From positions 44,454,001 to 44,518,000 of the forward strand of contig NW_026262734.1 in NCBI RefSeq assembly GCF_021869535.1: DNA of 64,000 bases. Direction: 5' to 3'. The position numbers were made by a program, and so were the translations under genes. A model generated the notes under the pieces. It was not told the origin of the DNA. It saw only the letters and a program-made list of their open reading frames with translations, and made no database searches. Source of the DNA: Mytilus californianus (lineage: Eukaryota). Positions 1 to 12,260 of the stretch are shown in pieces; position 1 is the first letter of the stretch, and each line of letters starts with the position of its first letter.

Positions 1-60
1 TATTCAAATATCAATGACGTCACATCGGACCATTTCTTTAGCGCACTCTCGAAAGCTAAT
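1..60 (-). CDS. MMP exon 5, partial (R-LAFESALKKWSDVTSLIFE...), continues beyond the window
   Basis: atttatgtag| acceptor at 61-62, phase 2 fits exon 4; A...WS.VT.L.F motif of the MMP catalytic domain. Confidence 0.88.
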
Positions 61-448
61 CTACATAAATATAATTGATCTCATATACATTATAAAACAA
101 CAAAAACTAATGCTAGTAGTGTCGTATGGGAAGTAGCGATATTTTTTTAATTTGATCGGATATTTTTGTACACATATTGAGGAGGGGTTGAACGACTGTT
201 TGTAACAAAACTTAAAATGACTCCGTACAGTTTGTTAATCCACTTACCGATATTAGAAAGGGTAACAGAGGTGGGGATCTCAAGAAAATAGTTTTTTGTT
301 ATATTGTTGAAGGAAAATATTTGATGGTTTATATCTAATTCATTCACAACATGTTTAGACACGTGACGTTTTAGAGCTTGATAAAAGTTTATACATTGTA
401 TCAATACCTATCTATTGTTGAATGAAAATAACACTCTATAAATCCCGT

Positions 449-490
449 GTTTCCGAAGCGCTTTTTCTGGATTTATCCCATCATGAACGC
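449..490 (-). ncRNA. Degenerate copy of the 17074-17115 hammerhead family
   Basis: Same scaffold, but the core reads AUGAUGG instead of CUGAUGA. Confidence 0.5.
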
Positions 491-667
491 TCATACCTGA
501 TCATTTGAAAGCCATGGATGTACAAATACGTAGAAACGTTAGAATTTTTATGAACGAAAGGGACATAACAAGAATAACACAATTCATTAAAGGGCGAAAT
601 AGGTTTGGACGAAATTTATATGAAATAGATGTAAAAGAGAGGCTAAAGATACCAAAGTGACATTCAA

Positions 668-2024
668 TAAAATTGAGAATGGAAATGGGGAATGTGTCAA
701 AGAGACAACAACCCGACCATAGAACAGACAACAGCAGAAGGTCACCAACAGGTCTTCAATGCAGCCAGAAATTCCCGCACCCGGAGGCGTCCTTCAGCTG
801 GCCCCTAAACAAATATATATACTAGTTCAGTGATAATGAACGCCATACTAAACTCCAAATTGTACACAAGAAACTAAAATTAAAAATAATACAAGACTTA
901 CAAAGGCTAGAGGCTCCTGACTTGGGACAGGCGCAAAAATGCGGCGGGGTTAAACATGTTTATGAGATCTCAACCCTCCCCCTATACCTCTAGCCAATGT
1001 AGAAAAGTAAACGCATAACAATACGCACATTAAAATGCAGTTCAAGAGAAGTCCGAGTCTGATGTCAGAAGATGTAACCAAAGAAAATAAACAAAATGAC
1101 AATAATACATAAATAACAACAGACTACTAGCAGTTAACTGACATGCCAGCTCCAGACTTCAATTAAACTGATTGAAAGATTATGTCTTCATCATATGAAT
1201 ATCAGGCACAATCCTTCCCGTTAGGGGTTTAGTATCATACCATCATAACATATATGAGAAGAACATAACCCGTGTCATGCCAACAACTGGTTTTTAAATA
1301 AATGTGTTTAGTGCCGATGCAAAGACCCTATAAGTGAATCAATATTAACGCCAAAATATGCAATCTTTAATGACCTGACAACAGTATCGTAACTATATCC
1401 CTTCTTAATAAGTCTGTTTAAAGGTTTTGTAAGCTTCAGAGGTGAATACTGACATTTTTGTGCTTTATAAAGAATATTTCCATAAAAAATTGAATGTGAA
1501 ATACCTGAACGTATAAGAAGTCTGCATGTTGAGCTATATTTACGAATGATGTCCTTATACCGATGATAAAATTTAGTAAATGTTTTGACTAGTTTGTGAT
1601 ATCGAAAACCCTGGTGTAATAATTTTTCAGTAATACATACATTTCTCTCCTTAAAATCTAAAACATTGTTACATACACGAGCGAATCGTACAAGTTGAGA
1701 TATATAAACACCGTAAGATGGTGACAAGGGAACGTCACCATCTAAAAAAGGATAATTAACGATAGGAAATGAAAAATCATCTCTTTTATCATATATTTTA
1801 GTATTAAGCTTTCCATTAGTGATATAGATATCAAGATCGAGGAAAGGGCAGTGTTCATTGTTAGTATTAGCTTTATTTAAAGTAAGTTCAACAGGATAAA
1901 TTTCTTTAGTATACATACTGAAGTCGTCATTATTGAGAGCCAAAATATCATCCAAATATCTAAAAGTTTTATTAAATTTGTGTATCAGATGTTGTTTCGA
2001 TGGGTCTTTGCTGATTTTTGTCAT
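668..2024 (-). mobile_element. Penelope-like element (Naiad-type), family B: 3' RT ORF + ~640-bp 3'UTR, in MMP intron 4
   Basis: FRYLDD, FLDL, YDKRDDFSFPIVNYP, YGVYISQL; the ORF ends at 1308 with no C-terminal GIY-YIG; the UTR recurs at 37897-38616. Confidence 0.85.
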
Positions 2025-2560
2025 AAACCCATAAGTCGAAAAATAAACTGACAACGCCATGGCTAAAAAAGAAAAATACAAACAGACAAAAAATAGTACA
2101 CAAAACACAACATAGAAAACTAAAAACTGAGCAACACGAACCTTTTCAAAAACTTAGGATGATCTCTGGTGCTCCGGAAGGGTAAGCAGATCCTGCTCCA
2201 CATGTGGCATCTTTCGTGTTGCTCATGTTAGTACAAACCCGGTTATAAGTATAAATCGGTAGGTCACATTCGGGGAAAAGGCGAAGGGATTATAGTTACG
2301 ACATTTGGAACATATCCGCTATCACCTGTGAAACGAGTATTCCATTACGGTAAAACAAATCGTGATTGCGTCCGTAAAAATTTACGAAGGAATGATTTCA
2401 ACTTCACCACTTGGAACTCTTGGTTAATTGATTTCTTGTGAGCAGCAAGGAAATCACGATAGGAAATACCAGCGCTGGAATATCGTATCAACTGAGAGAT
2501 ATATACTCCGTATGGAAGCGCTGCTAGAATGTTGCTACATAGAAATGGAAAGTTCAAGCT
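2025..2560 (-). mobile_element. Naiad-type PLE family A, decayed 3' end fused head-to-tail to family B
   Basis: FPFLCSNI...YGVYISQLIRY plus a 3'UTR matching 51830-52400. Confidence 0.8.
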
Positions 2561-3962
2561 GTAAAAAGTCCCGAACTGACAAATTTAAAACAAATCAAAC
2601 GAGAAAAAATTAACTGTCTGGTTTATGTACAAAACAAGAAACAAAAACAAATATGATATACAGTAAAAAATGACAACCACTGAATTGCAGGCTCCTGACT
2701 TAAGACAGGAACAAACAAGTGTTAAGGTTTATCATGTTTGCGTGCGCCAGACCCTCCCCATAACCTGGGACGGTGATGCATGTATAACAGCACAACAAAA
2801 TAACAAACTATAAAAATTAGTTGAATAGGGTATTACTCATTAGAATGATACATAGTACACATATAAAAAGTAAGGAGATGTGGTATAATTGCCAAATGGA
2901 CAACTATCCACCAAAGTTCAAATGAAATGGATGTAAGCAATTATAGGCAACAGTAAAGGCTTCAACAATGAGAAAAACGCATACCGTATAGTCTACAAAA
3001 TAAGTCCTAGGCATGAAAAATTTGAACCAATTCAATTGAGAAAACTAACGGTCTAATTTATAACAAAACAATTTACGAAAAACAAATATGACAGAATGAA
3101 TGAACGGCAACCATTAAACTGTAGACTCCAGATGACTTGGGACAGGCACATGAAGAATATGGCGGGGTTAAACATGTTTGTGAGCGCTCAACCCTCTCCC
3201 TAACTTGAGACAGTGGTGTTACAGCACAGCATAAGAACAAACTATAAAAAATCAGTTAAAAAGGGCTAAAATCATCAAATCGATACAAAGCAGAAAAACA
3301 TCTAACAAAAACGCAGACCGGACATGGCAGGGTATTTATACATCCTTAACAAAAAAAAAAATATAAAGTACAAATCTGAGAGTACTTGCAGTTACTAAAA
3401 GCTAGTTCAAAGCCAATAGCAACTAATAAAAAAACACTAGAAGACTAAAATATCAATCAGTTCACATCCAACATCCAATGGATTGAGTGTAAAGACGTCA
3501 TGAACAGTCAGATAAAAACATGACCTTGTGCAATACCATATGTATCGACATATTGTAGTATCATGAAGGGCATATGTGTATACCTATATATATATATATA
3601 ATATTTAGTATGGTTTTAATTTACTGATAACAAAATCGATACTTATACCAATAAAAACACTTTTCAAAGATCTAATTACAGTGTTGAGTTGGTAAACCTT
3701 TAGAGTAAGTTTATTTAAAGTACAAAACAACTGTATAAAACACTAAAATTATGCATATTTTAACCTAGATAGGCACTATATTAGTCAAAAATTTACACCT
3801 GTCTAACGGTTGGTTTAAATATGTTTACAAATACAAGTATAGTTCTTACCAATGTAAAACTTTCGGTATATAGCACCCCAATAGAAATGAACATAGAGCA
3901 TAAAATAAAAACTCTTTACAAAGGACGTCACTGATTGACCTACACGCACTGTGAAATCCCAG

Positions 3963-4135
3963 TTCAGTATATTTAGACAATATACGTATAGTGTCTTGAA
4001 ATATGAAATTTATTTGTATGAGGCTAAGAAACGGGGGGAAATGCGAGGTTTACCGAGCATTTCCCCCTGTTTCGTGCCGAATACAAATAAATTTCATATT
4101 TCAAGACACTATACGTATATTGTCTTTATACTGAA
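3963..4135. repeat. Long near-perfect palindrome (~80-bp arms, 14-nt loop)
   Basis: Arms 3963-4043 and 4058-4135 are reverse complements with few mismatches. Confidence 0.9.
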
Positions 4136-4994
4136 ATCGATAAAAAACATAAAAAACAAAATAAAATACGTAACAAATTTATTGTTAAAAAAAAAGTGTT
4201 TGGAATTTCCCTCTTTGGGTACCATTGTTGGGTATTTCCCTATAAGCGTAGTAAATCATAAAGTCCAGGCGATAAGACATTGACATTTTTAGGAATTAGA
4301 AAGAGAAAATAAACTAATTTAATAATATTTAATAAACATGGTATGTAAATTACGAATTTCAAGACATAACAAGTTTAAATTTACAAAAGTTTGACAATTG
4401 TTACTACACGCTGTCATGGTTGTGACGTGACATTGTTGATGAAATACAGTAGTTCCGGTAAGTAGGCGTGGCTAATAGGTTAGTTGAGGTCATTGACGTA
4501 TAAAGCTAACGTTTATACGTATAGCTTTATCTGTATAGTAAAATAGCTGATTGCAGTATAAAATTGTTTTTCTTGTCAGTTTTAGAGAGAAATCAACGTT
4601 TTCTCCAGTATTTTGTCTTTCAGATTTAGTTTTTGACTTAGAGAGCAGTATTTAAAATTGACGAGTTTGACGAGTTTTTGCCGGTCAATTTTTATTTACT
4701 GTCTCTTATCTCAATATCATATATATTTTGTGTGTAGCTAGTTGATCAGGGATGTATGTGGCATCCTGAACAAATTTAAACAATGTCATTTTGCGTCTCA
4801 ACAGCCATTTTTGATGACATCTTGAATATTTTAGATTGCTTACGAGGTCTTGGTTTACATACAACACTGCACAAAAATGACATATTTGAAGAATAATCTC
4901 GAGTACTGTGTCTTTTTAATTAGGCTTATAATCTGTCCTTGCACTGGTAAAAAATAAGAATGTAGATAATAATGTGACTTAATACTCCGATTAC

Positions 4995-5070
4995 CTTTGT
5001 GTCGAGTTTGGAAGCTGATTGGTATATCCTGTTAGCTTCCATGTTATCCTTTTCCTGCTCCATTTATAAC
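4995..5070 (-). CDS. MMP exon 4, start of catalytic domain (GYKWSRKRITWKLTGYTNQLPNSTQ-R)
   Basis: atttttag| acceptor, AG|gtaatc donor, 76 nt phase 1->2; KW....ITW motif. Confidence 0.9.
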
Positions 5071-6498
5071 CTAAAAATAATTTTTGTTCAAAAAATATTA
5101 ACTCTAAGACTACATTAATATTATATGAATTTTTGTTTTGTTGCGATTATAAATGTCTTCCGACAATGAACAAATATTTAGATTATCTGAGCTCTTTTTA
5201 CATATAACCAGCGTCAAATTACACTGCGAAGGTTTTTCTTTGTGTGTGCGCAGCGAAAACACCCAAAACTATCCTTACTGTGATAAGCAGCTAATATCTT
5301 GCAATATTTGTATACGAAAATAAAATGATTCTTAGTGAATGGTATTGATTCGATGTTTTCTTCACCTTCAGTATATTTGTTATTAAGTTGTTGCTGCCTA
5401 CCGATATAATGTCGTTCAAACTTAAGATTCTCAGTCCAAAACATGGCGTTTTTGATTACTGCGTGTCAAAGTTCACAATGTCATGTCAAATCTTTTGCGA
5501 CGTCACAGACACATTAATACAGGATTTTCAGAAGTGCAGAACAGAATGATATAGACACACGGCGGAAAAACAGTTGAATATGATATATTTTGAAAATTAC
5601 TTGGTCGTTGACTCTGTTTTCATAGAAAGGACATTGCTTTTGGCGCGGACCGGGGAATAGACACCAACATAAACCGTCACATTAACAATTATCGGAAAAT
5701 TTCCACTCGTTTACCATGTTTAGATAATAGGGAATATACCAAAATATCACAATCAAATCGCAAAAGCGTATTTGTCACCAATATTTTGTCTAGTAATATG
5801 TAGATATAAGAAGATGTGGTACAAATGTATGAGTGCCAATGAGACAACTCTCCATCCAAGTCAAAATTTATAAAAGTAAACCATTATAGGTCAAAGTACG
5901 GTCTTCAACACGGAGCCTTGGCTCACACCGAACAGCAAGCTATAAAGGGCCCCAAAAATTACTAGTGCACAAAAAATCGAAATTTCTTGGACGCAGATCG
6001 CAAGGAGGATATAAAACTCAACTATCAAATAAACAGTAATTTTATTGGTTCGTTTGTAGAAGGATTCCAGGGAAAGATTTTAATTTGAACGCCTTAAGTG
6101 GGCTTATATTTGTATCTTCAGACAATATAAAGGTTTTACGTGAAATAAAATTTGACCGATTTTTTTTTATGCAAATGCAAAACTGTGGATAATTTATCAA
6201 ATATGTGATATGTTTCAATGCATCCTTTTAAAATGTGCTATTAAACACTTTTGAATTACTTTTAAAGAGTCAATGCTTTGAAAATAATCGAACTGGTGCA
6301 ATCATATCTATTTAATTTTTTACGAAATGATATCAGGTAGTTTTAAAATGAGAGCTTTATTGAATGCTAAAACTCCGCAAGAGAACTCAGGTTCTGCTCC
6401 CTAAGAAATAATGACAATAGCATGCACTTTCCAAAGTTTTAAATCAGACGTTAAGAGACAAGCATTGTGTATGAAACAGCACATTTATAGTTCCTTAC

Positions 6499-6638
6499 CT
6501 GGCGCAAAGAACTGCAACGGTCTGTCTCGAGAAGACTCGTTGAAGTCTGCAACTCCACAACGAGGCTGTTTTATTTTTTGTATGGTTTCTTCGTCTAGCT
6601 CTCCCGTAATATTCATTCCGTTGAATTGTTGAAATTTC
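6499..6638 (-). CDS. MMP exon 3 with cysteine switch (KFQQFNGMNITGELDEETIQKIKQPRCGVADFNESSRDRPLQFFAP)
   Basis: ttcttgaacag| acceptor, G|gtaagg donor, 140 nt phase 2->1; FQ.F.G..TG.LD..T and PRCGVxD motifs. Confidence 0.93.
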
Positions 6639-7197
6639 CTGTTCAAGAAAAAATATTATAAAGGTAGAAGTAATTGAAATAATGAAAAAAAAAGTTTGCT
6701 TTATCTATTATATTACATCGTTGTAACCTCTGTGTTTACTGTTCATTGATTTTGTTGTCAATTAATAAAAGAGGCACCCGAAGAAGAGGCATAACTTTTT
6801 CTTATTTACGTATCGGATTCATTTGACCTACGTATAATATACTTGTAATTAGTGATCGAGCATTGTTAGCATTATAGTAGTTTTTTATTACCAAAAATAA
6901 ATCAAACTTATACGTCTTGACCGTTAAAACGTATGTAAAAATCTCGAATTTTACATATTTTGCAAGTTTGTGAATTTCAGATCTGTATAAAGGCACTGTT
7001 ATGCTCTTCAATGGGTAGTTTCATAAGCAATTATACCACATCTCCATAATTTTATATTTAACTGATTTGGAAGTAAAATTTAGAGAACGCAACCAATATC
7101 CGTCCCAACTTATGACGTTAAAGTTTGTAAATAAATCTAAAAAAAAAATGATTAATTCAAATATTTTCAATGCTTATTTAAGAAATAAAAAATAAAC

Positions 7198-7286
7198 CTA
7201 ATTGCTTCTTTTCTTTTGTCAGCTTTGTCCACATGTCTTGTTCTTGTAGTTATGTTTTTCATATAACCAAACCGCATGAAAAATAC
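7198..7286 (-). CDS. MMP exon 2 (VFFMRFGYMKNITTRTRHVDKADKRKEAI-R)
   Basis: ttttatag| acceptor, AG|gtttat donor, 89 nt phase 0->2; FGY motif typical of the MMP pro-domain. Confidence 0.85.
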
Positions 7287-8481
7287 CTATAAAATAAAAC
7301 GTCGCAAATAAAAAAAAATATACCATTAGTTGCCATGATAAGCTCTACAAGGCTTCGAACAAGGAGAAATGTGACGACGCTGAACATTTCTGTCCTGTTT
7401 CGTGATCGACATTTACTAATAATTTGTTATGCATCTGAGACAATACAGTGTTAATCTCTTGATATCTTCCAATTTATAATATTCACAAGAAAAAGTTTGG
7501 CTACAAATAGTGAGTTTACGACATTAAACGTTCTGTAAACCTGTAATCCTACGGAACATCATCAATCAAATTTACAGATTTAGTTATATAGTAAAAACCA
7601 TCAAAATAATGACCTATATTATAAAAGAAAGGGGGATACACGTCTTTTAAAGAAATACCACTGCCAAATCAGTAACTTTTATTTTTGAAGTCGTCATTGT
7701 CTTCTTGATATTTGCTATTTTTGTTTTTGTTTCTGGCTCGAGAAATAAGTGTAAACTTCAAATTAATTATTTTTCTTCGACATTGTGTTCAATGCATCAT
7801 TGAATATTTATATGCTCTTCAATGAATTATGTCTTTTGAAAAAATAAAATGAAAATTAAAGAACTATATATACATCATTACAAAGTTATGAGGGCTAGCA
7901 GACTCAAATGAAACAAGCACAATGTCATATAGGCATTATAAATACATGTATATGTTTATACGCAAAATTTAATTGACCAATCGTAGTTTGAGAATTCCAC
8001 AAGAAGAAGAAGCGAATGTTTACGGCACCAAATCCGCGTAGCTTTGTTGAAAAAGTAGTAGTGGACTTAGAGAGAGATAAAAAATCCAAAAGAAGATGAC
8101 TTTAACCACAGAATTTGACTATTTATTTCAATGTATTGTTTTACTTAATTCAACAAAAACGGAAACATTTTTATTTATTGGAGATGATCAACACATACTA
8201 AAAATTACAAAACAAAATAACCATACTTGTACAATTCAGGATATACATGTACCTGGTTTCCATGAAGTTAAACTTAGGGTAAAATATTTAGAAAGATGTG
8301 AAAAAAAAAAAAAAAAAATATCTTTGAATAGATAGGATTTTGAATTGTTGGTCTGACACCTTATAGTAATATCTGAAACTGTAATCTTGCGTAACGATTT
8401 ATAAATATTATGGTTATAATGATGTTGACAAATATTTGTTTTAATATAAAATAAAATAGGAATGGCTAAACAAATACTTAC

Positions 8482-8601
8482 ATCAGCGTTCTTAGCCTGG
8501 ATAGCTTCGTTAAATGATGTTTCGTCCGGAAGTGATCTGATTGGAGCTGCTTGTGACATTCCTATTAACAAAAGAGCATTTACTACGAATAAAAGTTTCA
8601 T
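8482..8601 (-). CDS. Matrix metalloproteinase (matrixin), exon 1: signal peptide + start of pro-domain (MKLLFVVNALLLIGMSQAAPIRSLPDETSFNEAIQAKNAD)
   Basis: ATG at 8601, hydrophobic signal peptide, GAT|gtaagt donor at 8481 (phase 0); splices in frame to the next four exons. Confidence 0.85.
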
Positions 8602-10105
8602 TTGAAAAAAATAATAATCAACTCTTCGGAAAAATAAGTATGCTACTTCTGTTGTTTATTTCCGTTCAATATTTAATTTTTGTTGTCTTTTCAAGGGAAT
8701 CTGTCTAATGCGTGGTTAAAGTACAACCGGTAGAAAAAACTGACTAAATAAACACTTACAGGAAGACTCTTTCCTCAAAGTTGTTTTTATAAATACAAAA
8801 TTTATAATATTTGTTATGATATAATACACGTATGAATGTATGTATGCATCATTTCATAACATTGTTTACATTAAATCGTTACATTTTTCATACATATTTT
8901 ATTTAGTATTCTTAAATATTCAATCTGTTCCTGTAAAAAAAATATCTCCTAGTTTATTATATTTATATAATTCCCGCTTGATATTCAAAACACGTACCAT
9001 TTATATGTTTACAGAGGCGGGATATTAGTTCAACAGTATGTCTATGTGAAATACTTCAATTATTAGTCTGCACCAGCCACTATACATTTTATAACTGTTG
9101 TAATATTCAAAGGAGTCAGTTTTTGATAAACAAGAAATGTCACTGAATGTCAACGATCTTTAATTTCGTGCAAAATTTCATGGTTGAGCTAGATACATGT
9201 ACTTGGCTGCACGTGTAAAAAGTGTGTATTCTTCATTTTTGTAACACAATCATACATTCGGAATTTATCCTGCAATCGACCTTACTACCATCCAAATACA
9301 GGTGTACAGATAACATGAAGCGAAAGTATAGTATACGTTTTTCATCTCCTTGTATCCTGCTTCACTTGTGAACGAACGGTTATAATCGAATAACTAAAAT
9401 TACTATTTTTAAAACTCGCAGTTCAATTTAATTTAAAAACAAATTCAACTGTTGGGAAGCATACAATCTATACTTAGATATTTGTACTCGCTACGAAACA
9501 GGAGACTCAGTTTCTATATTTTCTTACAATATACGTATATTGTCTCTACCTCTGTATATAATATATTATTTTAATGGTGCAGTGTATTATAAATATCAAG
9601 TTTCAGTGTAATAAGTTTATACATTGGCCGGATATGTGATTTTAGAAGTATCTACGTTTAGCCAAAAACCGCATTTCTGATGTTAAAAATCAATATGCAT
9701 ATACATATACAACATTTAAACTAGAAAACAAAAACAATATATAAATAGCTCATAGCTGAGAGTGTGATACAGATATTGTTGCTCCTAGAAAACATTCGCC
9801 ACGGTTGACAATATTTTTGTGGGAAAAAACAATCTGCTCTATCATCCTCTTTGCTAAGTGTTATTTAATCTATTGAATGTTCCGACATTATTGTCATTTA
9901 AATTTAAAATTTAAAATAATAAACTTTGACTTCATGTACATAAAAACGTTACAGTCATTAGAAAAGTAACAAAAGTGAAGAAGATGTATTTGTTTTTATG
10001 ACAGTCTATAAAAAGACACGAGGTCGAAACATAGTACTTGTTTATATAATTATTGACGTCTTTCAGATTATCGATTTTTGATTGGTTTGCACGAGGGGTG
10101 ACATT

Positions 10106-10608
10106 TTATTGTGACTTGGCTGTTAGTGTTGCTCTCCACCTATTACAACTGTCTAACTGGTCAGAAATTTTAACAAACTGCTGTAGAAAACCACAGTCAA
10201 GTCGTGAAAGTGCAAAGTGATAAAATAAAGCATACTGATTCTTATGAATATAGAAGACTTTTTCAAAAGAAAATTGTATGAAAGCTTAGTTTGGACATTT
10301 TTATAGCAATTCAAAATTACTCCATATCACCTTTAGCATGACAATAACAATAAATTTCTATATAAACTGTTAGACAGATTTTTCAAAATAATATTGAAGT
10401 GGAATTAAAGTCTTATAGGATTGTAAGTATGCTTTATTTTATCACCTTGCACTTTCAGGACTTGACTGTGGTTTTCTACAGCAGTTTGTTCAAATTTCTG
10501 ACCAGTTGAACAGTTTGGTTTTATAAAACAAATTGCAATTTGGTCAGAATTTTGAATAATTTGCAATAGGTGGAGAGCGACACTAGCAGTCAATTTAAGT
10601 CACAGTAA
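10106..10608. repeat. Foldback/inverted repeat (~130-bp arms, ~190-bp spacer) between the MMP and racemase starts
   Basis: 10106-10236 is the reverse complement of 10426-10608 apart from a ~50-bp insert. Confidence 0.85.
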
Positions 10609-10967
10609 GAATTTAAAGAATTCACCGTCTAAGCAATGGGATATAGCCAATTGTCTCCCTATGTATATACCAATCAAAATCTTGCATTTTAACGCGAAGT
10701 ATTTTAATGACAACAAGCATCATCTATGAATGATTTAAAAATGCTCTTCATAGTTTGCACGGTTAATACAATTTAACTCCATGACTTTATATATTTATAC
10801 ATTCCCCATTTCCATTCTCAATTTTATATATACATATAGGAAGGACGTTTTTTGGTACAAGGTCACAAACTGAAATATTGTCTTTTTTCCGTTTGCAGGA
10901 CATGTCTTTATTAAATCCATGTACAAGGTCACACACTGATATATTGTCTTTTCTGCGTCTGTAAAAA

Positions 10968-11150
10968 ATGTCGAGTAGGGGAGCTATCTATTTTATTTAT
11001 AAAGCTCACGAACGGATAAAACCTTTTGTTCATAGAACACCTATTATTACTAATTCGACCTTTAACAATTTAATTGGAAAAGAAGCCTTTTTTAAGTGTG
11101 AAAATTTGCAGAAAACTGGATCTTTTAAAGCTAGAGGAGCATTAAATACT
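10968..11150 (+). CDS. SRR: Serine/aspartate racemase family, exon 1 (MSSRG...HRTP...KCENLQKTGSFKARGALNT; PLP lysine)
   Basis: KxE.LQKTGSFKxRGA fold-type II PLP motif; ACT|gtaagt donor, 183 nt phase 0. Confidence 0.95.
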
Positions 11151-11976
11151 GTAAGTGCATGCATGCTAGATTTCATTTAACACTATTCCAATGTTTCACA
11201 TAGAACTTTTTTCACCTATCAATTCAAACAACACATTAGCATATAAAAGGTGCATGCGATGCGGTTAAAGTCATAAAAAACCATAAAGAACGAAATTTTG
11301 CTACCAATAATGGAAGAAATTCCTAGTCAGTAGTAACACAAATTCCTTTAAAACCATTCGTTTAATAGCAGAAACCCCTCTATTAAGCATACATTCTAAT
11401 TTGCAAACCTCGGCATGTCGATTGCAGGTTCTTCTGGAATGTTTCAGCGTTAAAATGTAAAAATAGAAAGTTTTCATACGCAAATTTTTAAGTCTCCTTT
11501 TGCAAAGTCTAAAGAAGTTTGCATATCACATTCAATCTTAAAACGTGTTTCCTATCTTTGCTAATGATATAAAACCTTGTCCTATGACCTCTATTTATTT
11601 TGTTCATGCAGACATACAAATACAAAAATGTATGATCTGATTTGGTTTTATTTGGATATTTGACCATACACGATGTGTTACATTCCATGACTTACATTTG
11701 ACCATATGACTTCGATTCTGTGGCAAAGATGTGATGTTAATTTAATGTACTCTTTCATATCAAAATTTCATCTTGGTTAACATCTTCACTACGTATATGT
11801 AAACATCTGTAAGGTCTGAGAAAAAAATGGACTTTAAAACGTCTCACAACCAAAATAACACAGCCCTTTTCACGAATTGACAAACAAATTAAAAATTATT
11901 TCGAATTATGTATTGTTTTACTTCTGTACTTATTGTGAAAACGTATCATATGACAATAAAAGAATTTGTATTTCAG

Positions 11977-12018
11977 ATATTGAAACTCAAAGAGAGTAAT
12001 CCTAATTTAAAAGGAGTT
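11977..12018 (+). CDS. SRR: Racemase exon 2 (ILKLKESNPNLKGV)
   Basis: tttcag| and GTT|gtaagt; 42 nt, phase 0->0, fills the gap between GALNT and VAYSSGNHG. Confidence 0.9.
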
Positions 12019-12052
12019 GTAAGTAATTAATATTATATTTTCGTAGCATAAA

Positions 12053-12260
12053 AAGTAAAATCACATAAATACTGAACTCCGAGGAAAATTCAAAAAGGAA
12101 AGTCCTTAATCAAATGGCAAAATCAAAAGCTCAAACACATCAAAAGAATGGATAACAACTGTCTTATTTCTGACTTGGTACAGGCATTTTCTTATGCAGA
12201 ACATGGTGGATTGAACCTGGTTTTATAGCTAGCTAAACCTCTCACTTGTATGACAGTCGC
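12053..12260. repeat. Dispersed repeat (AAAAGTAAAATCAC...CTGACTTGGTACAGGC family); other copies ~43215-43310 and 56800-56895 (inverted)
   Basis: Direct sequence similarity between three loci. Confidence 0.7.

Noticed and set aside
147-404. 85-aa ORF with a GTAAGT donor as an MMP exon
   Set aside because: No MMP similarity; exon 4 splices in phase directly to the exon starting at 60.
1308-2108. Stand-alone 266-aa membrane protein gene
   Set aside because: Chimera of a family A 3'UTR and a family B PLE reverse transcriptase.
8236-8601. 121-aa secreted peptide ORF from the track
   Set aside because: Only the first 40 codons are MMP exon 1; the rest is intron read-through past a GTAAGT donor.
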